A DNA stretch of 64,000 nt from Clostridiales bacterium (GCA_017513085.1 JAFWDK010000024.1:1-64000); one strand, 5' to 3'; positions 1-9,571 are shown, counted from the first letter of the stretch. Notes: generated from the sequence alone by a model not told the origin. Numbers and translations: made by a program.

Positions 1-1
1 A

Positions 2-145
2 CCTGCTTCCGATGAGGTTACATACTGGGCCGGTCAGATCAAGAGCGGCAAGATGACACGTAGAGCAGTACTCGTATTCTTCGGTTCCTGTGATGAGTTC
101 ACAGCAATCTGTGCGAAGTACGGTATCGATCGCGGAAACATTTAA
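2..145 (+). CDS. 3' end of a DUF4214-tailed surface protein (partial, begins before the window)
   Basis: Frame 2 reads PASDEVTYWAGQIKSGKMTRRAVLVFFGSCDEFTAICAKYGIDRGNI*, which aligns without gaps to the C-terminus of the next gene. Confidence 0.85.
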   Translation, partial: PASDEVTYWAGQIKSGKMTRRAVLVFFGSCDEFTAICAKYGIDRGNI

Positions 146-207
146 TTAGTTAACTAAACTGCCCATAGACATAAATGGGGGACAATACGAGGGGGATATT
201 GATAAAT

Positions 208-3200
208 ATGAGTGATAAAAGATGGAGACGTGTTGGATGTGCGCTCTCTGTATTTGCTTTGCTGATTTCAATGATTTTTGTTCGTCCTGAAGTTCAGGCA
301 GCAGGAACTTTTTTTGATGGAGTGTATAGTTGCAGTATACTTTCATCTTCTACATGCAAAATTTTGTGGTATACGCCTACGGACTATAACGGAGATGCTT
401 TTGCATATACAATTCCTCGTACGATCAAGGATCCTAAAACCGGTACAGTTTATAATGTTGTAGAAATTGGAGATCAAGCATATGAGGATCTGAATATTTT
501 TTCTTCCATTAAAATCCCTGAAGGTGTGGTCACTATTGGTAATCGTGCTTTTAGTGGAAGTATGGGTTGTAAATCCCTTACTATTTCTTCGACCGTAAAG
601 AAGATTGGCGATCTTGCCTTTTATAAATGTTCAAATTTGCGAGATGTTGCTATTCCTCAAACTGTACAGTCTGTTGGTGCTATGGCATTTGCGACATTTG
701 CTACCGGGGCCAAAGCAACTGTTTATTCTTCGACATATTATGAATTGAATTCTTTCAGTGGTCGAGATCTGACAGTCATTCAGGTATCAGCCCCGACACC
801 GACAAATACGCCGACTCCGACGAATACGCCGACTCCGACATTTAGACCGACAGCTGCACCTAAACCAACTGACACACCAACACCGACCAAGGGTCCGACA
901 AAGGTTCCTACAGTCACTCCTACAATAACTCCAACCAAGAAGCCGACAAACACGCCTACACCTACAAATTCACCGACTCCGACTAAGAAGCCGACGAATA
1001 CGCCTACACCTACGAATTCACCGACTCCGACAAAGAAGCCGACAAACACGCCTACCCCTACGAATTCACCGACTCCGACAAAGAAGCCGACGAATACACC
1101 TACACCTACGAATTCACCGACTCCGACAAATAAGCCGACGAATACGCCAACACCTACGAATTCGCCGACTCCAACCAAGAAGCCGACAAACACGCCGACA
1201 CCTACGAATTCGCCGACTCCAACCAAGAAGCCGACGAATACACCAACTCCGACTAAGAAGCCGACAAATACGCCGACTCCGACTAAGAAGCCAACGAATA
1301 CGCCGACCCCGACTAAGAAACCGACAAATACGCCGACTCCAACTAAGAAACCGACGAATACGCCGACTCCAACTAAGAAGCCGACAAATACGCCGACTCC
1401 GACTAAGAAGCCGACAAATACGCCGACTCCGACTAAGAAGCCGACGAATACGCCGACTCCAACTAAGAAACCAACGAATACGCCGACTCCGACCAAGAAG
1501 CCGACAAATACACCTACACCTACGAATTCACCGACTCCGACCAAGAAGCCGACGAATACACCTACACCTACGAATACGCCGACTCCGACCAAGAAGCCGA
1601 CAAATACGCCAACACCTACGAATTCGCCGACTCCAACCAAGAAGCCGACGAATACACCTACACCTACGAATTCACCGACTCCGACCAAGAAGCCGACGAA
1701 TACACCTACACCTACGAATTCGCCGACTCCAACCAAGAAGCCGACTAATACGCCAACACCTACGAATTCGCCGACTCCGACCAAGAAGCCGACGAATACG
1801 CCTACACCTACGAATTCGCCGACTCCGACAAAGAAGCCTACGAATACGCCTACACCTACGAATACACCGACTCCGACTAAGAAGCCGACAAATACGCCGA
1901 CAAGTACTCCGGTTCCGACAAAAAAGCCAACTCCGGCTGTACCTGTTGCGGCTATGCCGGATGTATTGGGCATGAATTATCATGACGCCAGAAAACAGAT
2001 TGTTCGTGAACTCAAAGACGAAGGATTCCAAACCGTGAATGTTGAATACGAATGGGTATCAACAACTGATCCGGACAAGAACCTGACTGTTTTGAAATCT
2101 GATCCGACAGCTAATACGCATATTCCGGTGAATAGTTCATCTGTAAAGATCACGCTCTTTGTTGCAAAAATAGGTGAGTTGCCGTCGCCGACTCCTACAA
2201 AAGTCCCGACTAAAGCACCGACTAAGGCACCATCCGCTGCGCCGACGAGATCTTCTGCTCCGACTTCGGTACCTACGAAAAAGCCGACTAAAGCGCCGAC
2301 AGCTACTCCGGCAGTTCCTAGAACAGTTATGCCTGACATCGTTGGTATGAACTATCATGATGCCAAGAGCCTTGTTGTAAGAGAACTTAAAAATGCCGGT
2401 TTTGAGACTGTTAATGTTGAATTTGTCTGGATCGAAACAAAAGATCCGGAGCGCAATCTGAAAGCTCAGTCGTCCGATCCGGCAGCGAATTCGACGGTAT
2501 ATCTCCTTGACCTTTCTATTACGGTCAAGATCTATGTAGCTAAACTGCCTACCGAATCTACGCCTGTACCTACTAAGGCTCCTACGAAGGCTGTTACAAA
2601 GACTCCTACAAAAGCACCGACGAATAAGCCGACTGCTAAACCGACAGCTACTCCGACTTCTAAGCCTTCTTTCAAACAGTTCGTGGAGCGTTTGTACGAA
2701 TGTGCTTTGAATCGTACGGCAGATGCCGCAGGGTTAGACTACTGGTGCAAAGAAGTGCAAAGTGGCCGTCGTTCCGGTGCAGACTGTGCACGTTACTTCC
2801 TGCTGGAAGCTCCTGAGTTTATGAATCGTAACCTGGCTCCGGATGCTTTTGTAGAGACACTGTATAAAACATTCTTTAACCGTAACTCTGATGCTGCGGG
2901 TAAGAAGGGCTGGGTAGATGCTCTGTATTCGAACAAGATGTCACGAGCCCAGGTTGTGGAGAACTTTATCGAATCTACGGAGTGGTGCAATGTTTGTGCG
3001 ACATACGGAGTCAAGTCCGGTGCCTTATATCACAAAGCAACCGTGGCTTCTGAAAATGCAAAAGAATTCGCCACAAGACTTTATACCTGCTGTCTCGGCC
3101 GTTCGGCTGAGGCTGGTGGACTCAAGTATTGGAGTCTTGCGCTGACCAATTTTGAGGCGACCGGTTGTGACGCTGCAAGAGAGTTCTTTACAAGCGATGA

Positions 3201-3414
3201 GTTTGTTGGATTAAAGACGAGTAATGAAGAGTATGTTCGCCGTCTTTATAAGACCTTTATGGGTAGAACACCTGACTCGAGTGAAGTTGCTTTCTGGGCC
3301 GGTAAGATCAAAGAAGGAAAGATGACTCGAAGAGAGGTTCTTGCCAGCTTTGGTTCCAGCACTGAATTTACGCAGATCTGCGCGAAGTATGGTATTTCGC
3401 GAGGCAGCATCTAA
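208..3414 (+). CDS. Secreted surface protein: BspA-type LRR, Pro/Thr stalk, two PASTA-like domains, C-terminal DUF4214-like repeats
   Basis: Signal peptide ending VQA; [13 protein letters not shown]-type LRR_5 repeats; [12 protein letters not shown] and [17 protein letters not shown] starts; [17 protein letters not shown] repeats. ATG 208 chosen because of the GGGGGA RBS upstream (ORF track starts at 175). Confidence 0.8.
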   Translation: MSDKRWRRVGCALSVFALLISMIFVRPEVQAAGTFFDGVYSCSILSSSTCKILWYTPTDYNGDAFAYTIPRTIKDPKTGTVYNVVEIGDQAYEDLNIFSSIKIPEGVVTIGNRAFSGSMGCKSLTISSTVKKIGDLAFYKCSNLRDVAIPQTVQSVGAMAFATFATGAKATVYSSTYYELNSFSGRDLTVIQVSAPTPTNTPTPTNTPTPTFRPTAAPKPTDTPTPTKGPTKVPTVTPTITPTKKPTNTPTPTNSPTPTKKPTNTPTPTNSPTPTKKPTNTPTPTNSPTPTKKPTNTPTPTNSPTPTNKPTNTPTPTNSPTPTKKPTNTPTPTNSPTPTKKPTNTPTPTKKPTNTPTPTKKPTNTPTPTKKPTNTPTPTKKPTNTPTPTKKPTNTPTPTKKPTNTPTPTKKPTNTPTPTKKPTNTPTPTKKPTNTPTPTNSPTPTKKPTNTPTPTNTPTPTKKPTNTPTPTNSPTPTKKPTNTPTPTNSPTPTKKPTNTPTPTNSPTPTKKPTNTPTPTNSPTPTKKPTNTPTPTNSPTPTKKPTNTPTPTNTPTPTKKPTNTPTSTPVPTKKPTPAVPVAAMPDVLGMNYHDARKQIVRELKDEGFQTVNVEYEWVSTTDPDKNLTVLKSDPTANTHIPVNSSSVKITLFVAKIGELPSPTPTKVPTKAPTKAPSAAPTRSSAPTSVPTKKPTKAPTATPAVPRTVMPDIVGMNYHDAKSLVVRELKNAGFETVNVEFVWIETKDPERNLKAQSSDPAANSTVYLLDLSITVKIYVAKLPTESTPVPTKAPTKAVTKTPTKAPTNKPTAKPTATPTSKPSFKQFVERLYECALNRTADAAGLDYWCKEVQSGRRSGADCARYFLLEAPEFMNRNLAPDAFVETLYKTFFNRNSDAAGKKGWVDALYSNKMSRAQVVENFIESTEWCNVCATYGVKSGALYHKATVASENAKEFATRLYTCCLGRSAEAGGLKYWSLALTNFEATGCDAAREFFTSDEFVGLKTSNEEYVRRLYKTFMGRTPDSSEVAFWAGKIKEGKMTRREVLASFGSSTEFTQICAKYGISRGSI
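937..1878 (+). repeat. Intragenic tandem repeat: 6 x 48 nt, 9 x 30 nt, 8 x 48 nt
   Basis: Units encode [16 protein letters not shown] (16 aa) and [10 protein letters not shown] (10 aa) with mostly synonymous variation; blocks start at 937, 1225 and 1495. Confidence 0.95.
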
Positions 3415-3429
3415 TAGCATTTTATGATA

Positions 3430-3488
3430 GGGTGTGATCGTGCCGGATTTTGGCCGACACTTTCACATCCTTTTTTTTTGCTTTTTTT
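3430..3488 (+). terminator. Probable intrinsic terminator
   Basis: gggtgtga...tcacatcc stem followed by long T tracts. Confidence 0.55.
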
Positions 3489-3517
3489 AAACTTTGATAT
3501 TTACGGTATAAAAAGTG

Positions 3518-3546
3518 TTGCTTTTTATTTCCGGTTGTTCTAAAAT
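3518..3546 (+). promoter_or_regulatory. Sigma-A promoter for the thrS leader
   Basis: TTGCTT-17-TAAAAT just upstream of the T-box leader. Confidence 0.6.
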
Positions 3547-3557
3547 TGAAAATCACA

Positions 3558-3803
3558 AAGACATTGACGAGGATATGCTTCGATATATGCGCCGCCAGAG
3601 AGAAAGAGTACTTGCTGAGAGCTCTTTTCGGAATACTGTATCAGAAGAACCACCTTTGAGTCGCATCTGTGAAATAATAGTAGCAGATAGCCGCTAACCA
3701 CAAGCGTTACGAGAGGAAATGAGTGGTTTGTCCATGATGGATAAGCAATTAGGGTGGAACCGTGCAGCCATGCATCCCTTTTTATGGGAAGCGTGGCTTT
3801 TTT
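3558..3803 (+). promoter_or_regulatory. T-box riboswitch (Thr)
   Basis: AGAGA and GCTGAGA stem-I motifs, ACC codon(s) in the likely specifier loop (agaagaaccacc), T-box AATTAGGGTGGAACCGTG at 3747-3764, terminator agccatgc...gcgtggct-TTTTT, upstream of thrS. Confidence 0.92.
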
Positions 3804-3837
3804 GTATTCAAATGAAATGACCAAAGGAGGAATTAAC

Positions 3838-5616
3838 ATGGTTGATTTTAGTAACAAAGAAGAGAGAAACAAGTACCGTCATAGTACATCGCACATCCTT
3901 GCTCAGGCAATCAAGAGGCTGTGGCCGGAGACAAAGCTTGCTATAGGTCCTGCGATCGACGATGGATTTTATTATGATTTTGACCGTGATGAAGCTTTTA
4001 CGTCTGAAGATCTGAAAAAAATCGAAGATGAGATGAAGAAGATCGTAAAAGAAAATCTTCCTATTGAACGATTTGAGTTGCCTCGTAAGGAAGCTCGTGA
4101 GTTGATGGTTAAACTGGATGAACCTTACAAGGTCGAGTTGATCGATGATCTTCCGGAAGATGCTGTCATTTCATTCTATAAACAGGGTGAATTCACAGAT
4201 CTTTGTGCCGGACCGCATATGGAAAGCACAGGAGAAATCAAAGCTTTCAAGCTTCTTTCATGCGCTGGAGCTTATTGGAGAGGATCTGAAAAGAATAAGA
4301 TGCTTCAGCGTATTTACGGAACATCTTTCCCGGATAAGGATCAGTTGAAGGCTTATGTTGCTGCTCGTGAAGAAGCTTTGAAGAGAGATCACAACAAACT
4401 CGGTCGTGAACTGGAGTATTTTACTACTGTGGATTATATCGGTCAGGGTCTTCCGATTCTTCTTCCGAAGGGTGCGCGTGTGGTTCAGTTGTTACAGCGC
4501 TGGGTAGAAGATGTGGAGCAGAAGCACGGTTGCCTTCTCACAAAGACACCGTACTTTGCAAAACGCGATCTGTACAAGATCTCCGGTCACTGGGATCACT
4601 ACCGTGATGGAATGTTTATCATGGGTGATGCAGATGATGAGAGCAAAGAGTGTTTTGCTCTTCGTCCGATGACATGTCCGTTCCAGTATCAGGTATTCCT
4701 GAATCGTCAGAGAAGTTACCGTGACCTTCCGATGCGTCTGACGGAGACTTCGACTCTTTTCAGAAATGAAGATAGCGGTGAAATGCATGGTCTGATCCGT
4801 GTGCGTCAGTTCACTATCTCTGAGGGTCATTACATCTTGCGACCAGATCAATTGGAAGAAGAATTTGCTAACTGCCTTGAACTTGCTAAGTATTTCCTTG
4901 GAACGGTAGGACTTCTTGAAGATTGTACTTTCCGTTTCTCACAGTGGGATCCGGCTAACCCGAAGAATAAATACGAGGGAACTAAGGAGCAATGGGAAGA
5001 AGCGCAGGCAGTTATGAAGAAGATCCTTGATGATCTTGGCCTCGAGTATTCGATCGGTATCGATGAAGCGGCTTTCTATGGTCCGAAGCTGGATATCCAG
5101 TATAAGAACGTATTCGGAAAAGAGGATACTCTTGTTACGATCCAGATCGATATGCTTTTGGCGCAGCGCTTTGGCATGGAATATATCGACAAAGACGGGC
5201 AGAAGAAGAATCCGTACATCATTCATAGAACCAGCTTGGGATGCTTCGAGAGAACTTTGGCGTACCTTATCGAGAAATATGCAGGTTGTCTGCCTCTTTG
5301 GATGGCACCGGAGCAGGTACGTATACTGCCGATTGCCGATGCTCATCTTGATCGTTCATTTGAGATCCGTGATGCGCTTCGTGCAAAGGGAATCCGTGCT
5401 GAAGTGGATGACCGTTCTGAGAAACTCGGTAAGAAGATCCGTGAAGCCAATATCGATAAAGTAATCTATATGTTTACTGTCGGTGATAAGGAAGTGGAGG
5501 AAGGAACTGTTTCCGTCCGTTCCCGTTTCGAAGGTGATCTTGGTTCCATGTCGATCGATGCTATTTCTGAAAAACTGCTTGAAGAGATCGAGTCTAAAAA
5601 AGCAGTGAAGGCATAA
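3838..5616 (+). CDS. thrS: Threonyl-tRNA synthetase
   Basis: RHSTSHILA, DLCAGPH, SGHWDHY, RPMTCP and FYGPKLD motifs; AGGAGG RBS before ATG 3838. Confidence 0.97.
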   Translation: MVDFSNKEERNKYRHSTSHILAQAIKRLWPETKLAIGPAIDDGFYYDFDRDEAFTSEDLKKIEDEMKKIVKENLPIERFELPRKEARELMVKLDEPYKVELIDDLPEDAVISFYKQGEFTDLCAGPHMESTGEIKAFKLLSCAGAYWRGSEKNKMLQRIYGTSFPDKDQLKAYVAAREEALKRDHNKLGRELEYFTTVDYIGQGLPILLPKGARVVQLLQRWVEDVEQKHGCLLTKTPYFAKRDLYKISGHWDHYRDGMFIMGDADDESKECFALRPMTCPFQYQVFLNRQRSYRDLPMRLTETSTLFRNEDSGEMHGLIRVRQFTISEGHYILRPDQLEEEFANCLELAKYFLGTVGLLEDCTFRFSQWDPANPKNKYEGTKEQWEEAQAVMKKILDDLGLEYSIGIDEAAFYGPKLDIQYKNVFGKEDTLVTIQIDMLLAQRFGMEYIDKDGQKKNPYIIHRTSLGCFERTLAYLIEKYAGCLPLWMAPEQVRILPIADAHLDRSFEIRDALRAKGIRAEVDDRSEKLGKKIREANIDKVIYMFTVGDKEVEEGTVSVRSRFEGDLGSMSIDAISEKLLEEIESKKAVKA

Positions 5617-5630
5617 AGGTAGCTAAACAA

Positions 5631-5673
5631 CAGTCAAGGGTCGGTATTGAAAGACTATGCCGACCCTTGACTG
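5631..5673 (+). terminator. Strong hairpin, probable terminator after thrS
   Basis: cagtcaagggtcggta...tgccgacccttgactg inverted repeat. Confidence 0.7.
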
Positions 5674-5702
5674 AATTACCTTTAGTTTTTATATTTTTTG
5701 GG

Positions 5703-5731
5703 TTGACACTTTTGAAAAATAGAAGTATTAT
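5703..5731 (+). promoter_or_regulatory. Sigma-A promoter of tRNA-Pro
   Basis: TTGACA-17-TATTAT. Confidence 0.75.
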
Positions 5732-5747
5732 CTAGTGGTTGTTGCAT

Positions 5748-5823
5748 CGGGGTGTGGCTCAGGTGGTAGAGTGCTTGCTTCGGGAGCAAGAGGCCGCGAG
5801 TTCGAGTCTCGCCACTCCGACCA
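5748..5823 (+). tRNA. tRNA-Pro (anticodon CGG)
   Basis: 76-nt cloverleaf; anticodon arm cttgc-ttCGGga-gcaag; GTTCGAGT T-loop; encoded CCA. Confidence 0.95.
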
Positions 5824-5857
5824 AAACCATCTCACATAAGTGAGATGGTTTTTTTTA
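5824..5857 (+). terminator. Intrinsic terminator after tRNA-Pro
   Basis: aaaccatctcac-ataa-gtgagatggttt plus T tract. Confidence 0.85.
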
Positions 5858-6004
5858 TGCCTGTAAGTTAAAAAGAATTGAATATCTCTTTCTTTGTCCG
5901 TTTGTCTAAATTATGTTCATAATTGTTCACAAAATCTTTACAGTGTGTGAACGAAGTGTTAACATAGTGTTGGTTGAAAAGTTTATGGATCGAAAGGACG
6001 GGTT

Positions 6005-6487
6005 ATGAGGACTTCTTACAAAGTATGTAGCTTATTGCTGGTAATGATCATTCTGGTAATGATCGTTGGCGGAATTATTCAGGACCGCAGAGCTAAGCGT
6101 GCCCGCATTATCGATTCTGTCAGCAAGACGATGGATGCTGCCGGTTGTAAAGAAGTTTCATCTGATTATGATCCGGAGCAGGATGAGAAGAACGCTGATT
6201 CAAAACTAACCAAAGCGAAAATTGAAGAAGTATCATCTTCTGTGTTGGCTGAGAACCGTCTTTCAAAAGATGAAAGCCGTAATTTCTCTGCTATTATAGG
6301 TAATGCACTTCACGATGCCAGATATCACATTGAAGAAATTGAAATAGATGGTTCCAATGCTAAAGTCAAAGTCGAGATCTTTTACGGGAAACAATCGGAT
6401 TATATCGATATGGAGTTTACTTACGGAAAAGACGGTTGGTCTTTAGTTAATGGCGAAGATGCCGCACTCTCTCTGTTTTCAAATTGA
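6005..6487 (+). CDS. Hypothetical membrane-anchored protein (possible NTF2-like fold)
   Basis: N-terminal hydrophobic helix; AAGGA RBS; C-terminal beta-strand pattern ending FTYGKDGWSL. Confidence 0.6.
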   Translation: MRTSYKVCSLLLVMIILVMIVGGIIQDRRAKRARIIDSVSKTMDAAGCKEVSSDYDPEQDEKNADSKLTKAKIEEVSSSVLAENRLSKDESRNFSAIIGNALHDARYHIEEIEIDGSNAKVKVEIFYGKQSDYIDMEFTYGKDGWSLVNGEDAALSLFSN

Positions 6488-6581
6488 AGAATACGTTTGT
6501 TTGATAATCTTAGTTCTTTCTAAAATCGCCCTTGTATTGTATTATATTTGTTGATGGCTTTTATATACGGGGGGATTTGAT

Positions 6582-7136
6582 GTGAGTGGTGTTGTTTTAT
6601 TCGGAAATATGAAGAAAACTCATAGAGTTGCATTGATTGCGATAGTAGTTGCACTGATCGTATTTGCTACTTTTTTCTTGTTTGTTCATTTTGGACCGTC
6701 ATCGGATAAATCTATGGTTTATGGCGCGGTCGAGTATATTCTGGATGAGTATGGTGCCGTAAGCTCGAAGGGGAAAACCTGGTCTGACTATAGTAAAAGG
6801 GAAAGTGATCTTCCGTTTCCGAATTACACAGCGATCGGACTATGTAATTATCTGGGACTGGGCGAATTTGCTGAAGAAGCCCTTGCCCGCAAAGCGCTTC
6901 TTGAAGGTTGTACGTATACGATTTCCGGTTGTGAATTCATTAAAGATTCGGCTATTGTGACTGTGGATCTTGATACTCCTAGAAATGGAAAAGCTGTAGC
7001 CAAGATCCGTTTTGAGAAAAAGGGCGGAAGCTGGGAAGTCGATCATGAAAGCGTTTTCCTTGCTGTTCTTGCCGGTAATGGTATTGGCGGTTCCGGAAAT
7101 GCGATATCAGACATTTTTAAATCACTTCGAGACTAG
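6582..7136 (+). CDS. Hypothetical membrane-anchored protein (possible NTF2-like fold)
   Basis: N-terminal TM helix; pattern ending FEKKGGSWEV; start GTG 6582 or ATG 6609. Confidence 0.6.
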   Translation: MSGVVLFGNMKKTHRVALIAIVVALIVFATFFLFVHFGPSSDKSMVYGAVEYILDEYGAVSSKGKTWSDYSKRESDLPFPNYTAIGLCNYLGLGEFAEEALARKALLEGCTYTISGCEFIKDSAIVTVDLDTPRNGKAVAKIRFEKKGGSWEVDHESVFLAVLAGNGIGGSGNAISDIFKSLRD

Positions 7137-7156
7137 TGTTTGTTACAGGGTATTGA

Positions 7157-7174
7157 TTCGAAATCGATTTCGAA
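7157..7174. promoter_or_regulatory. Perfect 18-bp palindromic operator (LacI-family-like) upstream of the xylanase
   Basis: TTCGAAATCGATTTCGAA, followed by TTGAAG-17-TAATAT (7181-7209); the core recurs at 50222. Confidence 0.7.
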
Positions 7175-7263
7175 AAATGATTGAAGTTGTTTGTCCTTTA
7201 AGTTAATATAGTAATGTATTAAATTTATGGCCATATTTGGTCAAAAAATGGGAGGAACAAACA

Positions 7264-9441
7264 ATGAAAAAACAAAAGATTGCTTCTGTTGTTTTGGCAT
7301 CGGCGATTTTGTCTTCTGTTGCATTGAGCGGATGTAAATCTGAAGGCACAACTTCGATCTCCCTTCAGGGCTATCAGCCGCCAACGGGTTACACAACAAC
7401 GGCGTCACCTGAAGATCAGTTTGAAGTTACCAAGCCGGAAGTTAAAGACGGAGTGCCGAGCGTCATGGAGGACTTTAACAGTGATGAAATGATTGCTGAA
7501 GCCAGAGGTGAAGTTACACTTACAGTCGAAGATGCGAAGAACGCCAACGGTAAAGTCGTTCGTTGCACCGGTCGTACTGATAACTGGAACGGTATCAATT
7601 TCCCGTGCTCTGTATTTGCCGGAAACAATATTCGCATTCAGACACGTTGCCGTTGCCCGGGTGGTACGGTAAGAATTTCTCTTCAGTTCGATAATATGGG
7701 TAACACGACATATTCGAACCTGATGGATATCAAGGATTGTTCCGCTGATTTCGTAGAACAGGTCGTAACATGTTCTGTTCCGGAAAATGTCGAGAATGTA
7801 TTTGTATATCTCGAGGGCGTTGATACTTCCGATATTCTTTGTGACTATATGTATGTTACATGTGATGGTGAGTATAAGGATCCAAGCGCTGCACCAAAGG
7901 CAGAGATCGCTGATACATCTTCCTATGAATCACTGAAGGACCTTTATAAAGATCAGTTCCTGCTCGGTTGCTGTGTTCCGAGAAACATGATCGAAGTTGA
8001 AGAGTCTGAGCCATACAGAAAACTTCTCCTTGCTCAGTTTAATTCTTTCACTTGTGAGAATGAGATGAAGCCTGACAGCATTCTTGATGCGGAGACAAAC
8101 CTTGGTGATCCTGCTAAGTATAATGAAGCACCTGCAGTTCATTTTGATGCTTGCAAGGCTACTCTTGATTTCGCTAAGGAAAATGGTATCAAGATGCGTG
8201 GACATACTTTGGTATGGCACAACCAGACACCGGATTGGTTCTTCTATGAGAACTATGATGTGAATGGCAAACTTGCCAGCCGTGAATTGATGCTTAAGCG
8301 TCTTGAGAATTACATCAAAGCTGTATTTGAGTATATCAATGCTAACTACTCTGATGTATTCTATGCATTTGATGTTGCTAACGAGTGTGTCGATGATGAA
8401 TACAATCTCCGTAAGAGTCATTGGACAGAGACGATCGGTGACGATTTCCTCGTTTATGCTTTCCAGTATGCAAGAAAGTATGCAGGTAAAGACATTAAGC
8501 TTTTCTACAACGACTATAACGAGTATGTTGCTAAGAAGCGCGACAAGATCATCGAAGTGCTGAAGCCGATTGCTGAGGCCGGTAATATCGATGGTATGGG
8601 TCTGCAGTCTCACATTTCCAACCCTGTTTCGATGGAAGATTATATTGGTTCTTTGAAGAAGTATGCTGATGAACTCAAGGTTACCATCCACGTAACAGAA
8701 CTTGACGTTAATGCCCAGAAGGCTTCCGGCAACCCGGATTATGATCAGGGCGTCTACTATCAGACATTGTTTACTGAGCTCCTGAAGGCAAAGAAGGAAG
8801 GTTACGACATTGAGAGCGTAACGATCTGGGGTCTCACAGACCTTGGTTCCTGGCGTTCAGCTCAGACTCCTGTTCTTTTCACAGGTAACCTCGAAGCTAA
8901 GCTTGCTTTCCAGGGCGTTGTAAATGCAATCAAGGGTGGCGAGATCGAGAAACCGGCAGATTATGTTGAACCGCCGAAGGAAGGCGATCCTTTCGATGAT
9001 AATTTCGAAAATGATAAGTTTGCAGGTGTTGCTAGAGCAGGTGTAAATCTTAAGGTCGTTTCCGAGGGTGCTTACGAAGGCGAGAAGTGCCTGGCTGTAA
9101 CCGGTGCTTCTGAAACATGGGATGGTTACACAGTAGATCTTTCCCGCTTCCTTGGTAAGAAGATCAAGTTCTCCTTCGCTTTGAAGTCTACAGCAGCAAA
9201 GACAAGCTTCAGTGCTGATATTGCTGATCTGTGGCCTCATATCATCGAAGTGGATACAAGCTCCGGTGAATGGGTTCCGGTTGAGGGCGTTCTGGATATG
9301 ACATCCAACAAGTGGATCCTGCCGTCCGGCGATACAGTTGAAGTTCCTGCAGATATGAGTTCTCTCATGCTGTATTTCGAGACATTCGACTGCACAGATG
9401 ATTTCTATGTAGATGCTTTCCACATTGAAATTGCAAGCTGA
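7264..9441 (+). CDS. Lipoprotein endo-1,4-beta-xylanase (GH10) with flanking CBM4/9/22-like domains
   Basis: Lipobox LSGC; ENEMKP, RGHTLVWH, DVANE (acid/base), YNDYN, HVTELD (nucleophile); GRTDNWNG and ETWDG CBM-like motifs; GGAGG RBS. Confidence 0.92.
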   Translation: MKKQKIASVVLASAILSSVALSGCKSEGTTSISLQGYQPPTGYTTTASPEDQFEVTKPEVKDGVPSVMEDFNSDEMIAEARGEVTLTVEDAKNANGKVVRCTGRTDNWNGINFPCSVFAGNNIRIQTRCRCPGGTVRISLQFDNMGNTTYSNLMDIKDCSADFVEQVVTCSVPENVENVFVYLEGVDTSDILCDYMYVTCDGEYKDPSAAPKAEIADTSSYESLKDLYKDQFLLGCCVPRNMIEVEESEPYRKLLLAQFNSFTCENEMKPDSILDAETNLGDPAKYNEAPAVHFDACKATLDFAKENGIKMRGHTLVWHNQTPDWFFYENYDVNGKLASRELMLKRLENYIKAVFEYINANYSDVFYAFDVANECVDDEYNLRKSHWTETIGDDFLVYAFQYARKYAGKDIKLFYNDYNEYVAKKRDKIIEVLKPIAEAGNIDGMGLQSHISNPVSMEDYIGSLKKYADELKVTIHVTELDVNAQKASGNPDYDQGVYYQTLFTELLKAKKEGYDIESVTIWGLTDLGSWRSAQTPVLFTGNLEAKLAFQGVVNAIKGGEIEKPADYVEPPKEGDPFDDNFENDKFAGVARAGVNLKVVSEGAYEGEKCLAVTGASETWDGYTVDLSRFLGKKIKFSFALKSTAAKTSFSADIADLWPHIIEVDTSSGEWVPVEGVLDMTSNKWILPSGDTVEVPADMSSLMLYFETFDCTDDFYVDAFHIEIAS

Positions 9442-9464
9442 TCGCTCGATTATGATTAAATGAA

Positions 9465-9498
9465 GAGAAGCCGTGTCTTCGGACGCGGCTTCTTTTTT
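9465..9498 (+). terminator. Intrinsic terminator
   Basis: agaagccgtgtc-ttcg-gacgcggcttct plus T tract. Confidence 0.9.
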
Positions 9499-9571
9499 GT
9501 AGTTATTACGAATATGCTATAATCGTTCTGTCGATTTCCTATATCGAACTTAGTTTAGAAAGGTGAGCTAC

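Noticed and set aside
937-1878. 30/48-nt repeats as a CRISPR array
   Set aside because: Head-to-tail coding repeats with no unique spacers and no cas genes
780-1973. 397-aa minus-strand Gly/Val-rich ORF
   Set aside because: Antisense shadow of the Pro/Thr repeat; no independent expression signals
3515-3837. Short ORFs and an N-terminal extension of thrS from 3754
   Set aside because: They overlap the T-box leader and terminator; the RBS supports ATG 3838
5748-7136. Genomic island integrated at tRNA-Pro (likewise at tRNA-Lys 48686)
   Set aside because: No integrase and no duplicated tRNA 3' end seen in the window
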